This document shows, piece by piece, positions 26,843 through 40,309 of a stretch of DNA of 64,000 nt. The stretch covers positions 51,586,001 through 51,650,000 of the forward strand of contig CM097885.1 in NCBI GenBank assembly GCA_044892525.1, given 5' to 3'. Every line of letters begins with the position of its first letter. Position 1 is the stretch's first letter. The DNA is from Schmidtea polychroa (lineage: Eukaryota). The notes under the pieces are model-generated. The model saw nothing but the letters and a program-made list of their open reading frames with translations, ran no database searches and had not been told where the DNA came from. A program made the translations under genes and the position numbers.

Positions 26843-27872
26843 AATAACTTGGAGTTCTTGTTCGTAGAATTTACCAGTGATTGGTTTGTTTTCATGATCA
26901 ACTATCACATACATGACAGGATTCTGCTTTATGTCGATTTTCAAAATTTGATATACTTCATCACTCCAATTATTATAAAAGTGTATGATGAATGGTGAAG
27001 CATTGATTTAACTAATTCTTACATGATCACCAACCTTGTATTTTGGTTTATTGATTTTTTCTATCTTTGTTTGTTTTTCAGTAAAATCAACAGGTGTTTG
27101 TTCTTTTAATCCTCTATGTGGCGAATGATTGTAATTGAAAATAATTTTTGGCAAAACATTTATCCAAGTTTTATTACCTTGATATACAAAATATTTTTTC
27201 AATCTTTCTCTTAAAGTTCGATTAAATCGTTTTACATGAGCAGCTTTGAACTGAGAAAATACCGAGTAGTAGTTTATTCCTTTGATAACCTTTTTAACTT
27301 TGCTGTTATAAAATTCTTTACCTAAATAGATTTAATTACCTAAATCGGTTTGTAAATTAAAAGTTTTGCCATCTGCAAACATTTCTTTTATCCCATCAGC
27401 CATTTCATTTGCAGATTTAGTTTTTGTAGGAACAGCACGAGGATATCTATTAAAAATATCAATACAAGTCAGAATATATTTGTAACCCTTGTTAATTTTT
27501 GAATAAGGTATCATTTCCATCAAATCCATTTGCCATACATCATTGTTTCCAATTGTTTTGTATGGTCTTGTTGGAAATCGTTTCAACATTGGTTTATTTA
27601 AACTATATGCTAATTGATTAGATAACCATTTCTGAGTTTCTTTCTTTGAATTATTCACTAGTTTTGTTAATTTTTCTACAACACCAAAACCATCTGGATC
27701 TTTTGGGTTTGTCCATATTGTTTTGAACTTTTCTCTTTTATTTTCTCGTCTGTTTTCAACTTTTTCACTTTTTTCATTTTTGTTTTGTGATACGTTTCCT
27801 TCATTATTACAACACGTTGTCAAAATATTAAAATCTACAATATTTTTATTTGGTAATGAACTCTTGATACCT
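26843..27872 (-). pseudogene. int: Element B integrase (chromodomain deleted; 18-nt intron remnant 27322-27339)
   Basis: WQMDL, QTDLG|KEF, RFNRT and GKFYEQELQVI. Confidence 0.9.
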
Positions 27873-27873
27873 A

Positions 27874-28350
27874 TTAAGAACTTAATGATGAGATTGCACT
27901 AATAGCAGATAAGACTATAGGAATTAATGCACCCAAAAACCCGCCTTTTTGTTTATATATTATCTTTCTCATTAGACGATGATTTTTTGTATCAACTAGA
28001 GATAAAAGTGATCTTTTATGTCTTTGCAATACTAATCTTTTAGCTTTAGTTATATTTACATTACCACGGACAACATTTATAATAACTTCAAGCAAATCAT
28101 CAATAACAAATGATGTAAAAGACTGTAAAATCGATATTCATTTCGAATTTGGTGCCTTTATTAAAGCATTAAAATATGGTAAACTCCGTTCAAATTTCAT
28201 TATTATTATTAATTAACGCGACGGATTGTTTATAATTTGATCCACTTCTTGATTTGTTTCTTATTTTTCGTACTTTTTGTTTTCTTAATTATTTTCTTAT
28301 TTTTTTCGAAACACTCAGAAGATTTTTAACAACTACTTTTTAAATGACAC
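27874..28350 (-). pseudogene. Element B basic core/pX-like gene
   Basis: Ends KQKGGFLGALIPIVLSAIS. Confidence 0.75.
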
Positions 28351-28373
28351 GATTAATTAAATTTTAATTGTTT

Positions 28374-29002
28374 TCAGTTTTGTTTATAAATCGTAACACC
28401 GTTTATATTAAAAATATCTGTTCTAATACGCATATCATCTGGAAATTGTTGTGTAAAATCAAAAAATAAATATCTACGTGGAATTTTTGTCGCGTCTTGG
28501 AATGAATCTATCAAAAATTTTCTATTATTTGGATAATCTTGTCTTGCAAGAAAATCAATTATTGTTTGATCTCTAGGATGTTTGAAAATAATTAAATATT
28601 GGACATTTAAATTACGAGTTCTATGACTTCACGTTGATGAAAAAGATTTTGTGTTATGAAAATAACTGTAACTCCACAATGTCTACTGATTTTTGTAAAT
28701 AAATTATTAAAATCTTTTTCTTTATTTGCTTCCTGGTACAGATCATTGATAATAATAACATCACCTTGGCGTAATCTAGAATCTAGATGACCAATTTTTA
28801 TCAAATACTTTAATTATTGTCATTTTTAATTTACAGAAACTGCTTTGATTCGATCCATGCTCTTCATCTGCAACTCGATGCCAATATATTTTATTAAATT
28901 TTGACTTAAACATGTTTGATTGTAATAAATTACATACAAAAAAGTTTTCCCGCTTTCACTAGGTCCTACAATTTGATATACCACGTCATTTCTTAAGTCC
29001 AT
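28374..29002 (-). pseudogene. Element B packaging ATPase
   Basis: MDLRNDVVYQIVGPSESGK, ITQNLF and FKHPRD, with frameshifts. Confidence 0.88.
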
Positions 29003-29050
29003 TTTAATTAAATTATTTAATTTAATTTGTTTATAATTAGAATAATTAGA

Positions 29051-29527
29051 ATGATTAGCAACATTAATTATAGAGAAAGATGTATAGTAAATGAAATGAA
29101 GTTCCCATCAGGAAAACCTCAACATGTTGTGGACAGAAGTGGAAAATATCCAATTTTATTCTTCAATAGCGGGAAATGTAGGACAATAGGGTGTAAGAAA
29201 TCATTACAAGAAGGTGATCTCAAACATCAGATTAAAGATTTACAAATCCAATCAATTAAATTAACGTTAGATATCGGTACATGCATTGATTTAAATGCAT
29301 TGTCAATGAAAACCGATAGTTACTACGAGCCTGAAATATTTCCAGCTTTACGCATTCTCAAGTATAACCCTCTATGTGTAAATGTTTTTTCAAGCGGTAA
29401 AGTTGTTATATTAGGGATTAAAACATTTGATTATTTTAATCAAATTCAGGAAATTCAGAAATTCATTAAATCATTAACTATAAATATCGCAACAAATGAA
29501 GAAATATTGGAATATTTATTAAATTAA
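29051..29527 (+). CDS. Element B TBP-like protein, open frame
   Basis: LFFNSGKC and YEPEIFPAL..VFSSGKVVILG; head-to-head with the ATPase as in element A. Confidence 0.85.
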   Translation: MISNINYRERCIVNEMKFPSGKPQHVVDRSGKYPILFFNSGKCRTIGCKKSLQEGDLKHQIKDLQIQSIKLTLDIGTCIDLNALSMKTDSYYEPEIFPALRILKYNPLCVNVFSSGKVVILGIKTFDYFNQIQEIQKFIKSLTINIATNEEILEYLLN

Positions 29528-29619
29528 TTTAATTAATTGTGTTTAAATTAACTGAATATCTACAAAAACATAAATTCAAAAATGCATGACGATAAGCAAG
29601 CATATATCGATCAAAGGAT

Positions 29620-29740
29620 CAAAAAAAATCAAAAAAAATCTAAGGACCAAGGAGACCCCCTCACTATAGTCAGAGAATTTATTTGTATTGAAAATCCCAG
29701 AAAGCAAAAAAATGTAAGTTGCAGCAGAAAAAAAAACTTC
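29620..29740. repeat. TIR remnant related to the element C terminus
   Basis: GGACCAAGGAGACCCCCTCACTATAGTC..GAAAGCAAAAA..GTTGCAGCA resembles 52005-52095. Confidence 0.65.
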
Positions 29741-29744
29741 CTTT

Positions 29745-30341
29745 ACTGTTTTGAAACAACACAATTTCGGTTCTCAGTTTTTGCGAAACTATTGGAAATG
29801 AATCAAAACTTTTTTGAAATTCCAAAAAACCAAAATCATTTAATAAAAGCACATTTAAAATATTTTCTAAACTTATTGCATGATTGGAATTAATATTATA
29901 ATCCACTATATCATTTCCACCGTTAATTCCTTCCCTTTTTTTGTAAAGTGTTTTTGATATCAAGCATTCCATTATCAAATTCTGTTGTGTTACATTACCC
30001 TCAATATTTTCTTTTTCTTTATTACATTTTTAGTTTTATTTTGTTGGATTTTCGCTTTTTTGCGATACTGTGCTCCACTTAATTTACGTTTTGGCATTGT
30101 TTTTAGAAAATTTTAAAATAATTAATTTTTAAACAACATTCAAAATATGATTTCCATTAAAAAAAATTAAACCACGTTATTTAAATACTTGTATATAAAA
30201 ATTATTTATTGAAAAATTTTTTACTAATTTTTTTTACCTAAAACTTTTGTAAAATAAAATTTATGAAAAGTCATTTTGGCGCCCCAGAAATCATGCGCCC
30301 GGGGCAAATGACCCGCTTGCCCGGCCCTAGTTACGCCACTA
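29745..30341 (-). mobile_element. Deleted hAT transposon remnant
   Basis: Terminus TAGTGGCGTAACTAGGGCC..TGCCCCGGGCGC and transposase-like start MPKRKLSGAQYRKK at 30097. Confidence 0.6.
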
Positions 30342-32489
30342 CACCACTGATTATATCAAACGTGATACAAATGGAATTAATGATTTAATTAAAATAAATT
30401 AATTCAAGCACATTAATCGAACGAGAATGGTATATAAAATGTTATTTAATATAAAATAAAATTTGCCTATAACTAAATATTTAATTTAATAAACTACTAT
30501 ATCTTAACATTAATCTACATTTTGATTTTAATTTTTCCGTTTTTGTTTCATTAATTCGAGATAATTTCATAATGGCGAGCAGTTGATCAAGGAAAACATT
30601 CTTGACATTTTAAAATTTCTAATTTTAACAAAATTTAAAATTGTTTCTATCTTTTAAAAAATTCAGAATGGTAAATATTTATAATAACAAAAATATTTAT
30701 GTAAATTATTTATAAATATTTTCAATTTTATTACATAAGTTGTCTTTCATTATTTTAGTATATAAACTCCTTGAAACCATTAAAACACCAATAAAAATAC
30801 CAAATCACTTATAAGATTAATAAAAGAAAATAATTGTCTATTGTTTCTAAAATTCATAATACTTTTTCCAAATAATTCATAGTTTTATTTCCAAGATTCT
30901 AAAACAAGGTTTATCAAATTCTTCACCTCATTGACTTCTATTGGTGACTCAACTATTTGACTCAATGAATACCTTGATGTAGATGTTCTTCTAACCCTAT
31001 GGAGAGCATAAAGCTCCAATTGAGACCCATTGCTTCAAAGCATATTTAATGAATTTTATCAAATTTAATATACAGATTTTTACTAATACTTAGTTTTTAT
31101 TAATTATATGTATTCCAATTTTAAATTGTTATAATGCAATTTGCTAGAAATGTATTCAGAAAAAATTTTGCAAAATTTTGCTATAATGTCTAAAGATCTT
31201 TGTTTTATTAAACTCTATTATTTTTGTAATTAAAATCTAACTATTTAAAACAAATATCGAGCCAAAAAATTAAATTGATATCAAAGAATAGATGAGAGTC
31301 AATTAATAACTATGAAAACAAATATTTTATCTCGAATTTAAACACGTAATTATTATCATTCTATGGATTTCTGCAGAAATAAAAATTATCCAAAATTCTT
31401 CAATAACTAAAGAATTGGCAATATTTCTTATTCTCGTATGGGTTTATAATGCATATTGAATAGAGAATTTTCCCCCTTGAAAATTTAAAGAAAACATGAT
31501 AGTAGGATTATCCCTTGAGAAAAATGAAAATTGTTTTGATTCAAAGGAAAATGAAGATTATGATTTATTATTATCAAACAAACTGTTTCATGGAAGTAAT
31601 AATATATCAATAAATGACATTTAATGGCAACCTTTGCAGGATCTTTGAAAATATAATCATAAAGTATTATTTATTAGATAATGACTTTTATTGTATTTAT
31701 AATGTTCTTGTAACGCAGTGTAGCCTCTTGGGATCTCAAAATATTTTTATGCCAACCTTGAGTTTACATAATTTTGGGGAATAATAATCTTTTATATACA
31801 GACAAATCTCGCCTTACGTCTGAAATGCCTTCCAATAGAACGTGAAGTTATGTAAAAAACATAAAACGAGTGTTTGACTTACTAGCATTGAATTTAAATA
31901 TTTTGATCTAATTGTCGTATTCATATGACTAAAAGGAAAAGTGAGAGATTTTATTTGAAATAAATTTTAATACTGCTATTTTTTAGAACCTGTGTAAACG
32001 ATTTTGAAAAAGAAGAAATAAATTTATTAATAATAATAAGAAACAATAAAGTGGAAGAAGATATATTTTAGACAATATATGCTATATGTGTATGAATCAA
32101 AACGTATAATTTGGATATATAATAAACAATGATATAATCTAAGGAGCCAGGCATTATATTAACCAATCAAATTCACAGTCATTCATTATTACATTAATTA
32201 TTATGATTTACGTAATATAATAAAAGGACCAGAACAATCTAATATGTCAATAGAATTATATCAAAACAAATTTCGTTAAAGATGGAAAGGAAATGATTAG
32301 TTGGAATATCATATGATTTCTGTAACAAAAGCTCTTTACTAAATTAGCCTTTACATATTGTTTTTAATATTTCACTTCTGTCTCAAGGACGTCTGGTTAT
32401 TTTTATTCATTATTGTGACAAATTTTTACGTAGAGTTCATCTTAAGATTCAATTTTTAAATCAAATTTTTTTAATCCTTTTTATATCAT

Positions 32490-34872
32490 TTTTATATCAA
32501 GATATTTTTAATCGTTTTTAAATCATTGTTATATCAAGTTATTTTTAATCGTTTTTAAATCATTGTTATATCAAGTTATTTTTAATCGTTTTTAAATCAT
32601 TGTTATATCAAGTTATTTTTAATCGTTTTTAAATCATTGTTATATCAAGTTATTTTTAATCGTTTTTAAATCATTGTTATATCAAGTTATTTTTAATCGT
32701 TTTTAAATCATTGTTATATCAAGTTATTTTTAATCGTTTTTAAATCATTGTTATATCAAGTTATTTTTAATCGTTTTTAAATCATTTTTATATCAAGTTA
32801 TTTTTAATCGTTTTTAAATCATTTTTATATCAAGTTATTTTTAATCGTTTTTAAATCATTTTTATATCAAGTTATTTTTAATCGTTTTTAAATCATTGTT
32901 ATATCAAGTTATTTTTAATCGTTTTTAAATCATTGTTATATCAAGTTATTTTTAATCGTTTTTAAATCATTGTTATATCAAGTTATTTTTAATCGTTTTT
33001 AAATCATTTTTATATCAAGTTATTTTTAATCGTTTTTAAATCATTTTTATATCAAGTTATTTTTAATCGTTTTTAAATCATTTTTATATCAAGTTATTTT
33101 TAATCGTTTTTAAATCATTGTTATATCAAGTTATTTTTAATCGTTTTTAAATCATTGTTATATCAAGTTATTTTTAATCGTTTTTAAATCATTGTTATAT
33201 CAAGTTATTTTTAATCGTTTTTAAATCATTGTTATATCAAGTTATTTTTAATCGTTTTTAAATCATTTTTATATCAAGTTAATTTTAATCGTTTTTAAAT
33301 AATTTTTATATCAAGTTATTTTTATTCGTTTTTAAATCATTTTTATATCAAGTTAATTTTAATCGTTTTTAAATCATTTTTATATCAAGTTATTTTTAAT
33401 CGTTTTTAAATCATTTTTATATCAAGTTAATTTTAATCGTTTTTAAATCATTTTTATATCAAGTTATTTTTAATCGTTTTTAAATCATTTTTATATCAAG
33501 TTATTTTTAATCGTTTTTAAATCATTGTTATATCAAGTTATTTTTAATCGTTTTTAAATCAATTTTATATCAAGTTAATTTTAATCGTTTTTAAATAATT
33601 TTTATATCAAGTTATTTTTAATCGTTTTTAAATCATTTTTATATCAAGTTAATTTTAATCGTTTTTAAATCATTTTTATATCAAGTTAATTTTAATCGTT
33701 TTTAAATCATTTTTATATCAAGTTAATTTTAATCGTTTTTAAATCATTGTTATATCAAGTTATTTTTAATCGTTTTTAAATCATTGTTATATCAAGTTAT
33801 TTTTAATCGTTTTTAAATCATTGTTATATCAAGTTATTTTTAATCGTTTTTAAATCATTTTTATATCAAGTTATTTTTAATCGTTTTTAAATCATTTTTA
33901 TATCAAGTTAATTTTAATCGTTTTTAAATCATTTTTATATCAAGTTATTTTTAATCGTTTTTAAATCATTTTTATATCAAGTTAATTTTAATCGTTTTTA
34001 AATCATTTTTATATCAAGTTATTTTTAATCGTTTTTAAATCATTTTTATATCAAGTTATTTTTAATCGTTTTTAAATCATTGTTATATCAAGTTATTTTT
34101 AATTGTTTTTAAATCAATTTTATATCAAGTTAATTTTAATCGTTTTTAAATAATTTTTATATCAAGTTATTTTTAATCGTTTTTAAACCATTTTTATATC
34201 AAGTTATTTTTAATCGTTTTTAAATCATTTTTATATCAAGTTAATTTTAATCGTTTTTAAATCATTTTTATATCAAGTTATTTTTAATCGTTTTTAAATC
34301 ATTTTTATATCAAGTTATTTTTAATCGTTTTTAAATCATTGTTATATCAAGTTATTTTTAATTGTTTTTAAATCAATTTTATATCAAGTTAATTTTAATC
34401 GTTTTTAAATAATTTTTATATCAAGTTATTTTTAATCGTTTTTAAATAATTTTTATATCAAGTTAATTTTAATCGTTTTTAAATCATTTTTATATCAAGT
34501 TAATTTTAATCGTTTTTAAATCATTTTTATATCAAGTTATTTTTAATCGTTTTTAAATCATTTTTATATCAAGTTATTTTTAATCGTTTTTAAATCATGT
34601 TTATATCAAGTTATTTTTAATCGTTTTTAAATCATGTTTATATCAAGTTATTTTTAATCGTTTTTAAATCATTGTTATATCAAGTTATTTTTAATCGTTT
34701 TTAAATCATTGTTATATCAAGTTATTTTTAATCGTTTTTAAATCATTTTATTATCAAGTTATTTTTAATCGTTTTTAAATCATTTTTATATCAAGTTATT
34801 TTTTAATCGTTTTTAAATCATTGTTATATCAAGTTATTTTTAATCGTTTTTAAATCATTTTTAAATCAAATT
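32490..34872. repeat. 37-bp tandem satellite, roughly 64 copies
   Basis: Unit TTATATCAAGTTATTTTTAATCGTTTTTAAATCATT(G/T), head to tail with no spacers. Confidence 0.97.
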
Positions 34873-36667
34873 ATTTCTTTCAATAATTTTACAAGTTAAG
34901 GTATAAAATAAATTAGGTCACTAAAAACAAACAATCTCGGCATGTCATCACAACCGTCATTTTTTAATAAAAAAGGTGCACTCAAAAAACAAAATGAAAA
35001 CAATAATAAAAATAGCGACATATGGACATATCAGATGCTTTAGTGTTGTTGACAATATTTTTTAAAAAAATTATGCTCATAAATCGCAACTTTTGGACAT
35101 ATTTTAACACTACTACTACTACCGAGTCATTTTTGACTTTAAACTTTCACAACTCTCAAAACAAGGATCATTTCACATCATATTTCATTTTTGACTCATA
35201 AATTTCAGGAGGTCCGTCGTTTGGTAAGAATGGCAAAATGGTAGTGGGTGAATGTGTCTGTGTATCTAAGACAAATGCGAGTTGATGACGCTGAGGATGT
35301 TACTTTAGACTACATTCACGAGATAGAGACTTAAGTGATAACTGACATGCTATGCGTAAACGAAGCCGCTTTTTTCTAAATGAACTTTACATCATTTAAT
35401 GTGGACTTGTAGATGTATATAAGAAATAAAAAAAAAGAAAAAAAAACGCATAAAAGATATCGTTGAAAGACAAGTTCATTCGCGTTATTTCCCCAGTAAC
35501 CACTCAAGTAACCGAGATTACAGCAAAAAGCGGTCTGTAAATACACCAGAAACCACTCAGATACGTTTCCTATAATATAAGAAAAAAATCAATAATTTTA
35601 CATTATAGAAACATAAAACTTACTTTGATTTCACGGTGATATTGATAGTGCAATGAGGTACACACCTTACACTATCGAAATTTAAAATTGGTAGAAAAAT
35701 TAATTAAAAACACACACATACTAAAAACACATGCAAACTTTAGATATATAGAAATGCTTGTTCGAGTTCAGTGACTTCGTTAGACATGTTAGAATTTGAT
35801 AATGATTTTTCAAAAGGTGAAAAGTAAAGGATTATTTAAATTATTTTAATTTTTTATTTTAATTTAATTTATTTAATAATATATTTTTAGTTCAATTATT
35901 AAGTTGAAAAAAGTGCTAGTCAGAGGCACTACATACACAATGTTTATAAGTAGCTCAATATAAATTGTATTTGTGTTATACTATTGCATTACATTTTATT
36001 CAGAAAATAATTGACTAAAATTTAATAAATTATCTAGACTTATTCATGTTATGGGAAATACATTTTTTAAATGAAATTCAATTAAAAATAATATTTTTGT
36101 AATAATATTATTGTAAAATTTTAATTTATTTAAAAATTCCATTTCTTATTTTTTCTTAATATTAAAACAATAAAATTACCAGCTTGTCAGGATTCATAGA
36201 AATAATCTATCTTTATAATTTACATTATTCAAATAAAAATCTGGTATCCATTATAAGTTTGTGTTTGATGTTTTATTTCACGGAAAATTGCTCTTCGGCA
36301 AATGAAAATCTAATTTGAAATCTATTGAAACCGAAATCAGTGAAAATTTTCTTGTTTAAATTTGGTCCTTTATCTTCATTATTTTTGTAACTAAACTCAA
36401 ATTGATGTAAAAATAATTTGCAATATAATGTTGACGACATAATTTGATTTCACTCTTGTCTTTAATGAATAGATTTGTTTTGATTCGAAAACCCATTTAT
36501 AATTTAACAAAACTAAAATTGATGAATATTGCTGAAAATTATGAATTTGGAATTTCTAATATATTGGCCATATCTTTTCATAATTCATAAAATTTATTTA
36601 TTAAATTTTTAAATATTTAAGTGTATTATTATATACTACAAATTCTTATTTTTATTTTATAGTTCCT

Positions 36668-36729
36668 TTATATATTAATGTATAGTAAGTACATTTCCTC
36701 AATTATTACCTAGATTTTTATCTTCATAA

Positions 36730-36797
<68 letters not shown>

Positions 36798-36859
36798 TTA
36801 TGAAGATAAAAATCTAGGTAATAATTGAGGAAATGTACTTACTATACATTAATATATAA
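36668..36859. repeat. 192-bp palindrome with a (TA)n centre
   Basis: Arms are exact reverse complements around the TA tract. Confidence 0.92.
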
Positions 36860-37902
36860 TATATAAATTAATATATAATATATAATATATAATAAGAACT
36901 TATTTCGATTTTCACCTCTGATTTCTTTTCAATTGACATTGTATTTATAAACGAATGACTATGAATCAGTAAAGCTATCGATGTTTTTTTATATCTTTAC
37001 AGAATCTTCCGTTAAAATGATAATTTCATTAGATTTCATCTATTACTGTGACCTTGGAATTTAATAGTATTGATTTTTATATTAATAGTTTTATTTCAAT
37101 TTATTTATGAGATTATCAACAGAATTGTTATCCCATTCAACATCGATATTTTTTTAGTTATTAAATAAATATTTTTGTAATTTAAAATTTAACACTAATT
37201 TTAACAGTTGTACACAGTATGTTTAATAAATTTTTATTACTGATTATATTAAATAAATACTTTGCAAAAATAAATTCGTATTTTCCAGAATTTTCGACTT
37301 TTCGCTGTTTTGACTCAAGACATACTTTGAAAATCAAATTAATAATTAAATTAAGATGAAGCAGTATTAATTTAAAATTTAACAAAATCAAATTAAAAAT
37401 CAAGGTAACATTAATAGATAAAACAATATAATTTTATAAAAGCATGTCCTTAATAATGTAATTTGCAAATTAATTTTTTCTTGGAAAGTAATGGTAATAG
37501 CAAAATTATATAATTATTATTTAATAAAATTAATAATAATGTTAATATAAATATTATAAAATAATAATATTTCCCCTATATATTAAATGAGTATTCCTTT
37601 ATTAAATAATTTTATTGAAAAAAATGCGAATTTTATTAACAATCATTGAAACGCCAGCAATAAAATGTGGTCATTAAAATTCATTTAGATTGGCAAAAAA
37701 TAAAATAAATACTTCAACGCCTGCACTTAACTATTCACATTGTTTTTTAATTAAATACAGTGGTACTACATAGCCAAAATAATTCAAAGTAATATATAAT
37801 TTAATTTTTGAATTTTAGAAAGTAATTTTAAGAGTTACAGATAATTAAAATTTGTTTCTATAAAAGTTATAAAACTAAAGAAATTAAATTATTTTATAAA
37901 AC

Positions 37903-37938
<36 letters not shown>

Positions 37939-37974
37939 CGGTTATAATTCTAATTATTTTATATTTTAAAATTC

Positions 37975-38030
<56 letters not shown>

Positions 38031-40309
38031 CTATAAAATGTATTATAACAATAAATATTTACTAGAATTTACAAGTATTATATAAATAATAAGTTAATAA
38101 ACCTATTCAAAATAATGTCAAAATTATATCTGGCTTCTCTCAATTAGATGGACTAATATGATCAACCGGAAGTCATCGGAATTGATATAAGTCTGATTCA
38201 ATGTTGGCGGATGTATTTCTTCCTTTTACCATATCTAATATATTTTTTCCCTATAAAAATGCCGGTACATATTAGGTTTTGCATATCCAATATCATTTGC
38301 GCTGAAACACAAAAGTATAATTAAAGAAAATTTTCTTTTGTTTTAAAAGGAAAATTAAATTTTCGCTTATTAATAAATTGGAAATTTCTGAAATTTTATT
38401 ACAATCGGCTTTAGTCGACACTGACAATTCTCGATGAATTTCGTTGAAATCAAGTATTTTTATATTTTACTGTCAAATCTAGTCTTTATTTGGAATCCGG
38501 AAAAGTGTCAAGTTAATCCATTTGCGCATTATCTAGATAGGAGTTTAGAATTATATCTGGAAAATATTTGAATTTCATGGAAATGATTTCAACTATGGTT
38601 TCTTTTCTGGTAAAACGTACGAAATATTACATGGGATTTTTTTATACCAGCTCAACTTTTTATTTAACTATTACCCATCACATATTACCAGTTTCTTTAA
38701 TATGAATAATAAATATTAAATTTATTATAAATATGTATAAAAATTATAGATGAATAAATTCATTTTAGTAAAGTAAAACAATGAGAGTAAGAATAATTTA
38801 TATATTTGGCAAAAGTAAATAATACTATTGGTGTAATTTTGATATAATTTTGACATAATTATGATGTATTATAAAACTAAAACTAAGCATAATATAGGGA
38901 AAATATACCTCACATCGGTAACATATGTAAAACTAGCAATATTTTGGTAATAATTCCTTTCTATGAGAATTATGAACCATGACACTGAGTCAGTAGTAAT
39001 CAATTAAAGGAAGAATGTTTTGTGAATAATGACTGTAATAATGGTGAGTCTCCATTATTGTTGAATGGAGACACATATTTAATATTAAACATATACAAAT
39101 TGTTTGTGTCGATAATTAATCATTTTAATAAATTAATAAAATTATAAACAAAAAATATTCTAAAAGATTTGTCAATGCAAATGCTTTATTAATTTTTTTT
39201 ATTAAGGCTCTATAAATATAATTACGTTGTTATAAAACAACTTGTACCCGAAAATATGTTTAATAGAGAGAAAACCCCATTTTGGTCTATATATATATAT
39301 TAATATTTTAAAGTTTAAGATAAATGGGAAATGATTTTTGATTAGCCGCGATCATTTGTATGGTTAAAAGAACAACAAAATAATATCATTGTTTTTAGAT
39401 ATTGAAGTTTTATTTAAGTGAAAACAATATAATTCTGATAGTAAGGTCTGTTGGCAATCTGATAATGTCTCTACTTGCTTTGCCTACAATATAATAAAAA
39501 ATGATTTGAATTTTATCAAATAATCAAACAAAAGACAAATCTGTGAAAAGAAAATAAAACTAAAAAATCTTTTAATAAATGCATAAAAAATTAAGTATTT
39601 TACATTATAAAATAATTAAAAATAACTTTATAAAAGAGAATTAGATATTTTAATTTCTATATACTGCTAGAAAATAAAAATAACTCATTAATTTAAACCT
39701 GAAATTCAAATAGAGAACGGCCGTCATTTTTGACTGGCTACAGCTAGTATTTATTAAAAAGATGAATCAGTAAATATATCGATGTTTTTGATATATTTAC
39801 TGATTCATAGTCAATCTTTTTAATAATTACAATGTCAATGAAAAAGAAATCAGTGGTGAAATTTGAAAAAATAAGTTCTTATAATAATATATTTAGCTAT
39901 TGTTTCTCCCGCTTTCTTTCCTAGTTTGTTTTTGATGAGTTTTGTGAGTAGATCACATTTTACCACCGGGTTGAAAAATTTTATAAAAATATCGCGCACT
40001 CATAAGGGTATAAACACATATACACCTGTGTATTATTCCGTCTAAGAAAATACTTTACATTTTAAAAAGACAGAATACTTATGAATATAAATAATTTTAT
40101 TGTGTACGCTATTCACTTTAAAGTTAAAAGATAATATTCCCATTTAGCAAAATTATAAAAACCTTAAGTTACATATTACAGTAGGTAGTTAGTAGCGTAC
40201 TGCAGCAATGACCCCCCGGGGGGGGGGGGGTTCTGCTGCAACTTTTGATTACGCAATTGCTGCAACTCACATTTTTTGCTTTCAGGGATTTTTGGTCCAA
40301 ATTTTTTTT

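Noticed and set aside
29655..29672. T7-promoter-like CTCACTATAG (also in the arms of C)
   Set aside because: Partial match inside a TIR repeat unit; not vector sequence.
32490..34872. CRISPR array (37-bp repeat)
   Set aside because: Units are contiguous with no unique spacers, there are no cas genes and the context is eukaryotic.
35100..39760. Possible decayed piggyBac (TTAACAC..GTCATTTTTGAC ends)
   Set aside because: Termini match only loosely and no transposase motif could be read.
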